A stretch of DNA of 32,000 bases from Synechocystis sp. PCC 6803 substr. PCC-P (GCF_000284455.1 NC_017039.1:2910001-2942000), one strand, 5' to 3'. Shown: positions 1 to 10,285, counted from the stretch's first letter. Notes: generated from the letters alone by a model not told the origin. Made by a program: numbers and translations.

Positions 1-876
1 CAAATCTTTCCGGCAAGCAATGAAGCCCCCAAGATTGTTGAATTGGCCAATGGCTGTCTCTGTTGCACTGTGCAGGAGGAATTTTTGCCCACCATGCAGG
101 CTTTGTTGGAGCGGCGAGAGGAAATTGACTGCATTGTGGTGGAAACTTCCGGCTTAGCCCTGCCCAAACCTCTCATTCAAGCTTTTCGTTGGCCAGAAAT
201 TCGCACTGGGGCCACGGTGGATGGAGTAATTACTGTGGTAGATGGGGATGCCCTCGCCAGGGGGGCCATGGTAGGGGATTTGGAAGCTTTGGAAGCCCAA
301 CGGCAGGCCGATGATAGCCTCGACCACGAAACTCCCATTGAAGAATTGTTTGAAGACCAGTTGGCCTGTGCGGATATGGTGCTGTTGACCAAAACCGATT
401 TGTTGGGGGATGGGGATCAACAACGGCTGGAAAATTGGTTAGGTGACCAGTTACCCACAGGAGTCAAAGTGGTGCCCTGTCACCAAGGGCAAATTAGTCC
501 AGAAATTCTCCTCGGCTTTAATGCGGCGGTGGAAGACAACCTGGACAGTCGCCCCAGTCACCATGACCATGAAGAAGACCACGACCACGATGAGGATATT
601 AATGCGGTGTATGTGGCCCTAGACCAGGAATTTGACCCGGCGCATTTGGTTCAAGGTTTAACTGATTTGGTGCAAGACCATGAGATTTATCGCATTAAGG
701 GTTTTGTCGCCGTGCCCAAAAAAGCAATGCGCCTAGTACTCCAGGGAGTTGGGCAACGATTTGATTATTTTTATGATCGCCTCTGGACAGAAGAAGATAG
801 CAGGCAAACCCGCTTGGTGGTCATTGGCCAGGGCTTGGAATCGGAAAAGATCAAAATGGCGATCGCCAACATTTAG
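1..876 (+). CDS. CobW/COG0523-family G3E GTPase, 5' end outside the window
   Basis: Frame +1 is open from base 1 (QIFPASNEAPKIVELANGCLCCTV...). It has the NGCLCCT metal-binding CXCC motif, TKTD (NKxD-like) guanine-specificity motif and a His/Asp-rich stretch SHHDHEEDHDHDED. CobW C-terminal-like region present. Confidence 0.9.
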   Translation, partial: QIFPASNEAPKIVELANGCLCCTVQEEFLPTMQALLERREEIDCIVVETSGLALPKPLIQAFRWPEIRTGATVDGVITVVDGDALARGAMVGDLEALEAQRQADDSLDHETPIEELFEDQLACADMVLLTKTDLLGDGDQQRLENWLGDQLPTGVKVVPCHQGQISPEILLGFNAAVEDNLDSRPSHHDHEEDHDHDEDINAVYVALDQEFDPAHLVQGLTDLVQDHEIYRIKGFVAVPKKAMRLVLQGVGQRFDYFYDRLWTEEDSRQTRLVVIGQGLESEKIKMAIANI

Positions 877-938
877 ACCCCTTCGGCCATCAACAGAATC
901 GGCTACCATGGAGCAGAGAAACACAAGCTTTCAAGGTA

Positions 939-1952
939 ATGGTAAATTTCGGGCTTAATTCAGCTAGCATCCTTGGTATTTTTCTTGCAGTGGCCGGGGC
1001 CGGGCTCTATTTCCTGCGCTCAGTGCGGCCGGAGGTGTCCCGGGATTACGACATCTTTTTCTCCGCTGTGGGCTTACTGTGTGGACTAATTTTGCTATTC
1101 CAAGGTTGGCGGCTCGACCCGATTTTACAATTTGGACAACTTCTATTAAGTGGTTCCACCGTGTTTTTTGCCGCTGAAACCATTCGTTTGCGGGGCATCA
1201 CCACCGAACAGGCCCGGCGCAGTGCCCCCTACGCAGACGATCGCCGGGTGAGCAAAACCAGGGTCTATACGGAAGCGGAATTGGATCAGTTGGAACCGGA
1301 AGATGAACCCGTGGCCCGCAATAATCGCCGCCTGAGGGGTTATGACGATGATGCCCGCAGTGGCCGTCCCGATGGCTATGGAGAAGCGGAAGCCCGCCCC
1401 AGACCCCGTTCCCAAGGCCGTAACGCTCCCCCCACTAACCCCAACCCCAGACCAACCCGTTCCCGTCCCTCCGCTGGCCGCAGTGCCCCCCAAAGACCCG
1501 GCCCCGCCCCTGGTTACAACGATAACTACGGTTACGAAGACGATTATTCCGGTTGGGAGAGTGGTGCCAATGATGTGTGGGATGATCCCACCCCTAGCCG
1601 TCGGCCGCCTACCCGTCGTCCCCGTCCCGAAGCTGGTAATGATCCGGCCCCTTCCCGTCGTCCCCGTCCTAGTAATAATCCCCCCAATGATTCCTTTGGC
1701 GATCGCCCGGAGAGAAATGCCCCCCGCAATGCCCGTCCCTACGAAGATGAACCGCCCGCGGCCTATGTGGACTATCAACCCATTGACGAAGCCGATTTAA
1801 CTCCCCGCCCCACCACTCCCGAGGACCCTGCCGATAGGAACCAGGAACAGAGTCGCAGTGGTAATCCCCGCAGTCAACGCCCTAGTCGCTCCCCCGTCGA
1901 TGGCGAAGAGCCCCCCATCGGAGCTGATGACCAAGAACGGTTTGATTATTAG
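939..1952 (+). CDS. ycf66: Ycf66 family membrane protein with long Pro/Arg/Asp-rich C-terminal extension
   Basis: N-terminus MVNFGLNSASILGIFLAVAGAGLYFLRSVRPEVSRDYDIFFSAVGLLCGLILLFQGWRLDPILQFGQLLL has the typical Ycf66 hydrophobic domain. The remaining ~240 aa are low complexity. Confidence 0.85.
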   Translation: MVNFGLNSASILGIFLAVAGAGLYFLRSVRPEVSRDYDIFFSAVGLLCGLILLFQGWRLDPILQFGQLLLSGSTVFFAAETIRLRGITTEQARRSAPYADDRRVSKTRVYTEAELDQLEPEDEPVARNNRRLRGYDDDARSGRPDGYGEAEARPRPRSQGRNAPPTNPNPRPTRSRPSAGRSAPQRPGPAPGYNDNYGYEDDYSGWESGANDVWDDPTPSRRPPTRRPRPEAGNDPAPSRRPRPSNNPPNDSFGDRPERNAPRNARPYEDEPPAAYVDYQPIDEADLTPRPTTPEDPADRNQEQSRSGNPRSQRPSRSPVDGEEPPIGADDQERFDY

Positions 1953-1961
1953 TTTTTCCCA

Positions 1962-2534
1962 GTGAACAGGGTGAGAATTTGGAGTAGTTTAGGGCGGACT
2001 CCATGGTTATGGTTGGCAATAATACTAGTCCCCCTAGCGCTCAGTGGTTGTAATAACGTCAGGCGATCGCCATTGGATCAGAGCTTAAATAGCCGCTTCA
2101 ATGACGAACAGCCCAGCCTCAGTGGTGACGGTCGCTGGTTGGCCCTAGTTTCTAACCGCAACGGCACCAGGGAAATTCTGGTCTATGACCTGCGCAACAA
2201 TCAATTGGTCAACCTACCGGGATTGAACCAAGCCAACACCATTGCCGAAAGTCCCAGTCTGAGCCGCACCGGCCGTTATTTGGTTTATCTGTCCAGCATT
2301 CAAGGGCGGCCTGACATCGCCTTATACGATCGCCTGACCAAAAAAACTGACCTGTTAACCCTCAACTATCGCCAGTGGGTACGCAATCCCAGGATTAGCC
2401 CCGATGGTCGCTATATCGTTTTTGAAACCGCTAAACGGGGACAATGGGACATTGAAATCCTTGATCGAGGTCCCCAAATTGAATTGGATATTGCCGAAGG
2501 TGCTCCCGTGGAAAGCCCCCCCACTGCACCATGA
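1962..2534 (+). CDS. Secreted/lipoprotein-like TolB/WD40-type beta-propeller repeat protein
   Basis: GTG start. Signal-like hydrophobic segment LWLAIILVPLALSGC (lipobox-like LSGC). Repeated PSLSGDGRWLALVSNRNG / PSLSRTGRYLVYLSS / PRISPDGRYIVFET motifs. Confidence 0.75.
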   Translation: MNRVRIWSSLGRTPWLWLAIILVPLALSGCNNVRRSPLDQSLNSRFNDEQPSLSGDGRWLALVSNRNGTREILVYDLRNNQLVNLPGLNQANTIAESPSLSRTGRYLVYLSSIQGRPDIALYDRLTKKTDLLTLNYRQWVRNPRISPDGRYIVFETAKRGQWDIEILDRGPQIELDIAEGAPVESPPTAP

Positions 2535-2637
2535 TCAACCATTGGTAAAACTGAATTTTGCTTAAAGCTCCTTCACAAAAGCGGCTTCAACATTGTGCGA
2601 TCCTAAAGAATGGCAAAGTTTAACCACTAACAATTAA

Positions 2638-3624
<987 letters not shown>

Positions 3625-3640
3625 TTCACCGATAAATTCC

Positions 3641-3659
3641 CCCCAGCCTTGGGGGGGTC
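3641..3659. terminator. G/C-rich hairpin between convergent por and lipase genes
   Basis: CCCCCCA-GCCT-TGGGGGG gives a 7-bp stem and 4-nt loop between two convergent stop codons. There is no T-tract. Confidence 0.35.
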
Positions 3660-3680
3660 AGGGGGGCAGTTCAAAAACGA

Positions 3681-4838
3681 TCAAACGGCGGCGATTGGAT
3701 AATCTCTGGACTGATCCGTTTCCACTTCCCTATCCACTGCTCCCTGGTAGGTATCCACCACATGGTTGGGTAAGATGTCCCCTCCTTGGCTGAGGAAACT
3801 CCAACTTTGCCCGACATGGACATAGGTGCCTAACCCCGTAGTGGGGGGCAGGAGGGGAATCACGTCTGCGAGGTTAACAATACGGTAACTGTTGGGCACT
3901 TGGCGGGAATGGAGTTGGGCAAAGGTCACATCGCCGACCCTGGGGCAGGCATAGCTATAAAGTTGAATCTGGGACCGTAAGTTGGGGAGGTTAACCGCTA
4001 GATCCAACGCCGCCAGCACCGCCAGGGAAGCCCCCAAACTATGGCCAGTGACGTAACAGGGCACGGCCGGGTCTAACTGCTGGGCAATTTCCCTCGGAAT
4101 GGGACTGACAATACGGAGATAATTTTCGATAAAGCCCTGGTGAATTTTGCCAAAATATTGCCCCGATCGCCGTTCGGTGAAGGGAATTTGTTGGGCCCGG
4201 AGATTATTGACCCATTCCATGGTGGTTTGGGTACCCCGAAAAACAATGAGATTGCGGCGGGGAGAACTGAGGATAAAACCCAGGTAAACGGGGATTTCCT
4301 GGGTTACTTTGACCACTTGACGAATGGTTTCCCCCAGGGAATCTTCCGCTTGGTCCCAGGTTTTATCTAAGGGGTCACCGGTATTATCCAGGGGAATTTG
4401 CACCGCAACGGATTCGGAAATGTGAGCTTCCCTACCGCGAAAAGAAGCAATTTGTTTATACTCATCCAGGTCGGAGCTATAGGCCGGTAACTGGCGAATA
4501 TTGCCGTCGTAGCTAGGGATGGTTTTCCCAGTTAAGTATTGCTGGGTGGCGATTTTACTGCAACGGATCAGCAATTGGGAAATTTGGCGATCGTAGGGCA
4601 GGATAGGGGGAGTGAGCCTAACACTGTTAATAATTTCCTCGCCCCGGTAAATTTTTTCCGCATCCGCTTCAAAGGCGGCATTTAACATGCTGGTGCGGTC
4701 GGTGTTGGCCGCTTGGGCTTTGGCTAATGCCTGTAATTCCCTGATTTCCTGGCGATGGCGTTCCTCCCGGCCTATGGTGAATGCTCCCCCCAGGGCCACT
4801 CCCCCCAGCAATAGTCGGCGGCGGTTAAAGATGCCCAT
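3681..4838 (-). CDS. Lipase class 3 family protein, exported (possible Tat-type signal)
   Basis: ORF is open to 4958 but the protein likely starts at MGIFNRRRLLLGGVALGGAFTIG (start codon 4836-4838). Motifs: FRGTQTTMEWVNNL, HQGFIENY, VTGHSLGASLAVLAALDLA (GHSLG nucleophile elbow). Confidence 0.8.
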   Translation of the reverse strand: MGIFNRRRLLLGGVALGGAFTIGREERHRQEIRELQALAKAQAANTDRTSMLNAAFEADAEKIYRGEEIINSVRLTPPILPYDRQISQLLIRCSKIATQQYLTGKTIPSYDGNIRQLPAYSSDLDEYKQIASFRGREAHISESVAVQIPLDNTGDPLDKTWDQAEDSLGETIRQVVKVTQEIPVYLGFILSSPRRNLIVFRGTQTTMEWVNNLRAQQIPFTERRSGQYFGKIHQGFIENYLRIVSPIPREIAQQLDPAVPCYVTGHSLGASLAVLAALDLAVNLPNLRSQIQLYSYACPRVGDVTFAQLHSRQVPNSYRIVNLADVIPLLPPTTGLGTYVHVGQSWSFLSQGGDILPNHVVDTYQGAVDREVETDQSRDYPIAAV

Positions 4839-5322
4839 GGTTGATGCTCTCCTGGTCGGGCTGGACTGGTTGATGGAAACGATGCCCCAAAGCGCCATTG
4901 GCATAGTACTGGTTGGTGCTTTGGCCCAACATCCAAGTGAGGGTAAACAGCCCCGCAAAGCCTTTAAAACTGTCGAAATAGGGCACCCAAATCCCGATCG
5001 CCAGTAGGGTGACCCAAACCACAGCGGCGGTAATTACTGCGCCAATGGCCCCAAAAATGTTACCGGCGATCGCCAACAGGTCTTGGCCCCGGGGAAATTG
5101 CCAAATCTTACCAATGTCCCGGCACATCTTCACCAGCAGAAATAACACCAACAGCAAGCGCAGGGAATAGTAACCGGCGATCGGCAACAGAGTAATTAAA
5201 CTGGTGCCCAAGGCGTAATCGAAAACTAAATCCCTGGCCTGCTTGGCCCGGTGCAGATTTTTTTGCCAAAGTTCGACGGTTGACTGCACCATGTTTTCAA
5301 ACCTTTCAAACTGGAATGGCAA
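4825..5322 (-). CDS. Hypothetical membrane protein
   Basis: 166-codon ORF with several hydrophobic segments (YALGTSLITLLPIAGYYSLRLLLVLFLLV; LLAIAGNIFGAIGAVITAAVVWVTLLAIGIWV). The 3' end overlaps the start of the lipase-like gene. Confidence 0.6.
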   Translation of the reverse strand: MPFQFERFENMVQSTVELWQKNLHRAKQARDLVFDYALGTSLITLLPIAGYYSLRLLLVLFLLVKMCRDIGKIWQFPRGQDLLAIAGNIFGAIGAVITAAVVWVTLLAIGIWVPYFDSFKGFAGLFTLTWMLGQSTNQYYANGALGHRFHQPVQPDQESINHGHL

Positions 5323-5363
5323 TTGATAAAGGCGTAGAGCTAGAGCTACCTTTGGGAGGGATT

Positions 5364-6602
5364 CTAACCCAATTTGAGGGTGGAAGTGATTCGTTCCATC
5401 GCTTCCTCCACATTGGCCCGACTATTGAAAGCCGAAATGCGGAAATAGCCTTCCCCCGCCGCGCCAAAGCCAGAGCCTGGAGTGCCCACCACATTAACTG
5501 TGTGTAATAACTTATCGAAAAAGTCCCAACTGCTCAGGCCATGGGGGGTTTTGACCCACACATAGGGAGCGTTAATGCCACCATAAACCTGCAAACCAGC
5601 GGCGGCTAATTTCTCCCGAATAATGCGAGCATTTTCCAAATAAAAAGCAATCAGTTCCTGTACTTGGGCTTGGCCTTCGGGGGAATAGACGGCCTCTGCC
5701 CCTCGCTGGATAATGTAGGAAACGCCATTAAATTTGGTGGATTGGCGGCGGTTCCAGAGTTTCCATAGCTCCACGTCACTGCCGTCGGCGGCTTTAGCCG
5801 TTAAGGTTTTGGGCACAACGGTTAACGCACAACGGGTACCGGTGAAACCAGCATTTTTAGAAAAAGAGCGAAACTCAATGGCGCAATCCCTCGCTCCTTC
5901 AATTTCATAGATGGAATGGGGCAAAGTGGGGTCAGTGATAAATGCCTCGTAGGCCGCATCGAAAAAGATGATCGAGCCGTGGGCCAGGGCATAATCTACC
6001 CACTGTTTCAAATAGGCCTTAGTGGCAGTGGCTCCGGTGGGGTTGTTGGGAAAACAGAGATAGATTAAATCTACTTTTTTGCTTGGTATGGCCGCGACAA
6101 AGTCATTTTCGGCCGAAATGGGGAGATAGACTAAACCACCGTATTCCCCTTTTTCATTGGCATCGCCGGTATGGCCCGCCATCACATTGGTGTCCACATA
6201 AACGGGATAAACAGGGTCAGTGACAGCGATGGTGTTATCTTTGCCGAAAATATCGAGGATATTGCCGGTGTCACATTTAGAACCGTCGGAGATGAAAATT
6301 TCTTCGGCGTTAACCTCACAGCCCCTAGCTTGGAAATCGTGCTGGGCAATTTTTTCCCGCAACCAAGCGTAACCCTGTTCCGGGCCGTATCCTTTGAAGG
6401 TTTGGCGATCGCCCATGTCGTCGATGGCTTTGGCCATGGCCTGGCGACAAGCAAGGGGCAGGGGTTCCGTTACATCTCCAATACCAAGTTTGATCACCTG
6501 GGCGTTAGGATTGGCAGTGGTGAAAGCATTTACCCGCCGAGCAATTTCGGGAAACAGGTAACCGGCTTTCAGTTTGAGATAGTTGTCGTTGATACTGGCC
6601 AT
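5364..6602 (-). CDS. dapL: LL-diaminopimelate aminotransferase
   Basis: Start [27 protein letters not shown]; [12 protein letters not shown]; [11 protein letters not shown]; PLP lysine region [14 protein letters not shown]. Full-length class I/II aminotransferase of the DapL type. Confidence 0.95.
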   Translation of the reverse strand: MASINDNYLKLKAGYLFPEIARRVNAFTTANPNAQVIKLGIGDVTEPLPLACRQAMAKAIDDMGDRQTFKGYGPEQGYAWLREKIAQHDFQARGCEVNAEEIFISDGSKCDTGNILDIFGKDNTIAVTDPVYPVYVDTNVMAGHTGDANEKGEYGGLVYLPISAENDFVAAIPSKKVDLIYLCFPNNPTGATATKAYLKQWVDYALAHGSIIFFDAAYEAFITDPTLPHSIYEIEGARDCAIEFRSFSKNAGFTGTRCALTVVPKTLTAKAADGSDVELWKLWNRRQSTKFNGVSYIIQRGAEAVYSPEGQAQVQELIAFYLENARIIREKLAAAGLQVYGGINAPYVWVKTPHGLSSWDFFDKLLHTVNVVGTPGSGFGAAGEGYFRISAFNSRANVEEAMERITSTLKLG

Positions 6603-6784
6603 GGCTTGGTGATTAAAGGGCGATCGCCATTATAAAAGGTGAGTTACCCCTCGCCCCAGGGGAAATGGCAATGGGTTTATGCTCGCTCCAATCAATACTG
6701 CTCCCGTTGGTTTAATCATGGTGACGGCCATAGCTAGTCCAAATTTCTGCTAAAACCTATCCTTAACACCCCCATCGAACATTT

Positions 6785-7402
6785 ATGTCCCAGTGGATCA
6801 CAGAATGGATTCCCCAAGTAATGAATCAATTGGGCTATGGGGGAATTAGCCTTTTAATGTTTTTGGAAAACTTATTTCCTCCCATTCCGTCTGAGTTGAT
6901 CATGCCCTTAGCTGGTTTTGCCGTTGCCCAGGGAAAATTGGAATTATTCCCGGCGATCGTTGCAGGTATTATCGGTACAATTCTGGGAGCTTATCCCTGG
7001 TACTACATCGGTAAATGGGTCAGCGAAGAAAGGCTAGAACAACTGGCTGACCGTTATGGTAAATGGATTGGCCTAGACGCCAAAGATATCCATAAATCGA
7101 ACGTTTGGTTTGGTCGCTATGGCCATCAATCCGTCTTTTTTGGACGCCTAGTGCCTGGTATTCGTACCATTGTTTCCTTGCCCGCAGGCGTCAATGCCAT
7201 GGGTTTGATTTCCTTTACTCTCTACAGTTTGGGGGGCATATCTCTCTGGGTAACTTTTTTAGCTAGCGCAGGTTACAAACTGGGTGATCATTACGAACTG
7301 GTGGAGCAATATTTGGGGCCAGTGTCAAAAATTGTCCTAGTTAGTATAGTCGCTATTCTTGTGCTGTTAATTGTTCGCAAACAGCTACGTCGAAGGGCTT
7401 AA
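6785..7402 (+). CDS. DedA family membrane protein
   Basis: FLENLFPPIPSELIMPLAGF, GTILGAYPWYYIGKW, FGRLVPGIRTIVSLPAGVNAM are DedA/SNARE-associated domain hallmarks. Confidence 0.9.
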   Translation: MSQWITEWIPQVMNQLGYGGISLLMFLENLFPPIPSELIMPLAGFAVAQGKLELFPAIVAGIIGTILGAYPWYYIGKWVSEERLEQLADRYGKWIGLDAKDIHKSNVWFGRYGHQSVFFGRLVPGIRTIVSLPAGVNAMGLISFTLYSLGGISLWVTFLASAGYKLGDHYELVEQYLGPVSKIVLVSIVAILVLLIVRKQLRRRA

Positions 7403-7533
7403 TTTTTAGGATCCAGCTTCAATCCTATTTCGATGGTGAATTTTTCAGTTACCCATCCCCCTATCCCCATGAACCTTAGACTAAAATCGGGTCTTGGCCA
7501 CATTCAAACATCCCGATTCTGGGGAAACTTACT

Positions 7534-9051
7534 GTGATTGCACAAATTAATCCACCACCACAAGGACCAGGGCCCCAGGCGATCGCCAATGTGCTTGAAC
7601 AATGGCATTTCCTGAACATTTGGCTGTTTGAAACACTGAATACTCCCATCTTCAAATTGGGCACTGAAAGCATCACTTTATGGTGGATTATTCAAGCCTG
7701 TTTTCTCCTTTTGCTGGTAGGAGTATTCGCCAAAGCTACTAAACAATTCCTAAAAAAGTTCCTACTGCTCAAACTTAGATTTAGTGAAGGTAACCGAGAA
7801 GTAATTGGTACATTAACTAGTTTGGGGGTGGCCGTATTAGGCTTTATCGTTGTATTGCAAGCCATGGGCTTGGAACTAGCTAGCTTTGCAGTAATTATGG
7901 GGGGACTAGGGATTGGCATTGGTTTTGGCTTGCAGGAATTAACTAGGAATTTAGTCAGTGGTTTGACAATTTTCGGCGAAAATAAACTTAAAGTTGGTGA
8001 CTTAATTGAATTTAATAATCACATTGGTTACATCAAGGAAATTTCCATTCGCTCTACCATCATCCGTACCTTTAGAGGTAGTGACCTAGTGGTGCCCAAC
8101 ACGGATTTAACCAGCAATTTAGTTGTTAACTGGAATTATGAAAATTGTAGTGGCCGCCTGGAAGTACCAGTTAGTGTGGAATATGGCAGTGACCTAGTTT
8201 TGGTCACGGAAGTGCTATTGGAATCCGCCGCCATGGAAAAAAATATTGTCAGCGAGCCCGCACCAAAAGCAGTTTTCCTTGGATTTGGGGACAATTCTCT
8301 TAATTTTGAACTCTGGGTTTGGACTGAAAGAATTGACCAAAGATTTCTCATCTTTAGCTCCCTTAATCACATCATTCAATATAATTGTCGTCGTCGAGGA
8401 ATTAATATGCCCTTTCCCCAAAGGGATATCTGGTTGAGAAATCCAGAAAGTATCTGTCTAGCAGTTAGTGATCAAGACAACAACGCTACAGTCCCCGGGA
8501 AAGAAGTAGGTGAATCCCCTACCCTCACTCAGCTACTGAAGAAAAACTTCTGCTTTCAAAAACTCAACGATCTTGAAATTAGAAATGTGATTGAAATGGG
8601 TAAACGATGGCATTTACAGCCAGGAGAAATTTTAATTAAACAAAACCAATACCACAGCTATTTTTGTATTGTGCTAACTGGGGCGATAGATGCAATTTAT
8701 GAAAATGAAAAAATTAGCAACCGTATATTTACTTTCAAACAGGGAGAATTCTTTGGTGAGTTGCCATTAATGTTAGAAATTCCCTATCCCACTACTATGA
8801 TAGCGGCCGAAGATTCCACTTTATTTTTGATTGGGAAAGATTGTTTTCATATATTGTTAGCAAACCATCCCCAACTATCAAATCTTGTCGCAGAAGAATT
8901 GGGTAAGCGCCAGGATGCTCTCCAGGGCTATGAACAAAAACTGAAAGAAATGGGACTACTCGAAGAGGCAGATCTAAAGAACCCGGTGGAATGGATTCGG
9001 CAAAGAATTAATAAGATTTTTGGTGTCAGTCAAGAATCTGCATATCGTTAA
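7534..9051 (+). CDS. MscS-type mechanosensitive channel with C-terminal cyclic-nucleotide-binding-like domain
   Basis: GTG start. MscS core (MGGLGIGIGFGLQELTRNLVSGLTIFGENKLKVGDLIEF...GSDLVVPNTDL) followed by a Crp/cNMP-like domain (GEILIKQNQYHSYFCIVLTGAIDAIY...FKQGEFFGELPLMLEIPYPTTMIA). Confidence 0.9.
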   Translation: MIAQINPPPQGPGPQAIANVLEQWHFLNIWLFETLNTPIFKLGTESITLWWIIQACFLLLLVGVFAKATKQFLKKFLLLKLRFSEGNREVIGTLTSLGVAVLGFIVVLQAMGLELASFAVIMGGLGIGIGFGLQELTRNLVSGLTIFGENKLKVGDLIEFNNHIGYIKEISIRSTIIRTFRGSDLVVPNTDLTSNLVVNWNYENCSGRLEVPVSVEYGSDLVLVTEVLLESAAMEKNIVSEPAPKAVFLGFGDNSLNFELWVWTERIDQRFLIFSSLNHIIQYNCRRRGINMPFPQRDIWLRNPESICLAVSDQDNNATVPGKEVGESPTLTQLLKKNFCFQKLNDLEIRNVIEMGKRWHLQPGEILIKQNQYHSYFCIVLTGAIDAIYENEKISNRIFTFKQGEFFGELPLMLEIPYPTTMIAAEDSTLFLIGKDCFHILLANHPQLSNLVAEELGKRQDALQGYEQKLKEMGLLEEADLKNPVEWIRQRINKIFGVSQESAYR

Positions 9052-9192
9052 ACCTATTTACGTTGTCGCCATACATTGACCTTAAATAAACCTCCAGCTT
9101 TCCTATTTTTATGAAAGATCAGAGGCTATCGCTCTTCTATCATTGTGGGTAGGATAAAATGGAGAAGATAGTCTGAAATGCAGAGGTGGTAT

Positions 9193-9417
9193 ATGGTTGC
9201 CCCACGTGAAGCAAAAGAAACAGTATAATTCATTGACAAATACTGCGAAGGATACAGAGACTTATTTCCAGAAGTGAGAAGCTTTGAATACTTTAAATAC
9301 TTGCATCTAGGATTAATTGCGAATATAAAGAGAAAAACCTTCCCAGAAATAGCTAAGGTAGTAGGACTAGAAAATGGACAAGGATTTGACTATTTCTTCG
9401 GTAACAGCCCTTGGTCG
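9193..9417 (+). pseudogene. N-terminal fragment of an IS701-like (DDE, IS4-superfamily) transposase with in-frame nonsense codon, interrupted by the IS5-family element
   Basis: Conceptual translation MVAPREAKETV*FIDKYCEGYRDLFPEVRSFEYFKYLHLGLIANIKRKTFPEIAKVVGLENGQGFDYFFGNSPWS resembles the conserved start of IS701-type transposases. TAA lies at 9226-9228; homology ends at the IS junction. Confidence 0.75.
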
Positions 9418-9420
9418 TTA

Positions 9421-9437
9421 GAGCGTGTTTGAAAAGT
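9421..9437 (+). repeat. Left terminal inverted repeat of IS
   Basis: GAGCGTGTTTGAAAAGT, matches the right end in inverted orientation at 15/17 positions. Confidence 0.9.
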
Positions 9438-9487
9438 AGGGTGAAGAATGGAAAATGGTGAAAAGAATAAAATTTTCACCATAATTA

Positions 9488-10267
9488 ATGATAATCCGAG
9501 AATTTTACAGCACGGACATCACTGATAGCCAGTGGCAATTGGTAGAACCTCATTTACCCAAAGCAAAAACTGGGGGAAGAAAACGGAAAACTAGTCTGAG
9601 GGAGATACTCAATGCTATTTTTTACATGCTCAGAACGGGGTGTGCCTGGCGACTTCTGCCCCATGATTTTCCTAAATGGCGAACGGTCTATGGTTATTTC
9701 CAGCAATGGCACGAAGATGGTACCTGGAAAAAATTAAACCGTATCTTCCGTGAGAAAGTTCGGCTCAAAGCTGGAAGAAATACTCACCCTAGTGCCGGTT
9801 GTTTAGATTCACAGTCACTTAAAAAGGCTGGAACTGGCCAAGAAACTGGCTATGACGGCGGAAAAAAGGTCAATGGTCGTAAACGTACAATCCTCGTGGA
9901 TACCATGGGATTACTTCTCGATGTTGTCGGTGCCCATCGCTCTGACCATCAGGGTCTGATTCTACTTGGCACCTGGTTTGCTCCCCTGTGGCAGTGCCTG
10001 CAAGTTATATGGACTGACAGCACCTTTGGCGGAAAGGATTTTATTTTCTGGGTGGAGCATACTTTTGGTTGGACCTTGAATGTGGTCAGCAAAAAGCAGG
10101 GACAAAAAGGCTTTGAAGTCCTACCCCGCCGTTGGGTAGTCGAGCGCACTTTTGCTTGGTTTGGTCGTTATCGTCGTTTAAGCAAAGATTATGAATATTT
10201 ACCTACCACCAGTGAGACAATGCTCTATGTTGCCATGGTTCATCTCATGCTTCAAAGGCTTGCTTAA
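9488..10267 (+). CDS. IS5-family DDE transposase
   Basis: LTDSQWQLVEPHLPKAKTGGRKRKTSLREILNAIFYMLRTGCAWRLLPHDFPKWRTVYGYF-like N-terminus, CLDSQSLK (first D), IWTDSTFGGK (second D), RRWVVERTFAWFGRYRRLSKDYE (catalytic E). Single uninterrupted frame. Confidence 0.95.
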   Translation: MIIREFYSTDITDSQWQLVEPHLPKAKTGGRKRKTSLREILNAIFYMLRTGCAWRLLPHDFPKWRTVYGYFQQWHEDGTWKKLNRIFREKVRLKAGRNTHPSAGCLDSQSLKKAGTGQETGYDGGKKVNGRKRTILVDTMGLLLDVVGAHRSDHQGLILLGTWFAPLWQCLQVIWTDSTFGGKDFIFWVEHTFGWTLNVVSKKQGQKGFEVLPRRWVVERTFAWFGRYRRLSKDYEYLPTTSETMLYVAMVHLMLQRLA

Positions 10268-10268
10268 A

Positions 10269-10285
10269 ACTTTTCAAACACTTTC
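10269..10285 (-). repeat. Right terminal inverted repeat of IS
   Basis: ACTTTTCAAACACTTTC is the reverse complement of GAAAGTGTTTGAAAAGT. It is followed directly by the TTA target duplication. Confidence 0.9.

Larger units (their letters stand above)
9421..10285 (+). mobile_element. Complete IS5-family insertion sequence, 865 bp (size and type consistent with Synechocystis ISY523-type elements; identity not verified)
   Basis: 17-bp imperfect terminal inverted repeats, GAGCGTGTTTGAAAAGT at 9421-9437 and complement of GAAAGTGTTTGAAAAGT at 10269-10285 (15/17 identical). 3-bp target duplication TTA at 9418-9420 and 10286-10288. Encodes a full transposase. Confidence 0.92.

Noticed and set aside
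1146-1778. 210-aa minus-strand ORF opposite ycf66
   Set aside because: Low-complexity Gly/Thr/Ile-rich translation (shadow of the repetitive Pro/Arg codons on the plus strand), no known motif; Ycf66 on the plus strand is well supported.
4687-5007. 106-aa plus-strand ORF opposite the lipase/membrane protein genes
   Set aside because: No motif; both minus-strand genes explain the region.
6171-6635. 154-aa plus-strand ORF antisense to dapL
   Set aside because: dapL is unambiguous on the minus strand; the antisense frame shows no family features and is a common overlap artefact in GC-balanced coding DNA.
9052-9192. Left terminal inverted repeat of the IS701-like element
   Set aside because: No matching right end is present because only a short 5' fragment survives, so the boundary cannot be defined from this window.
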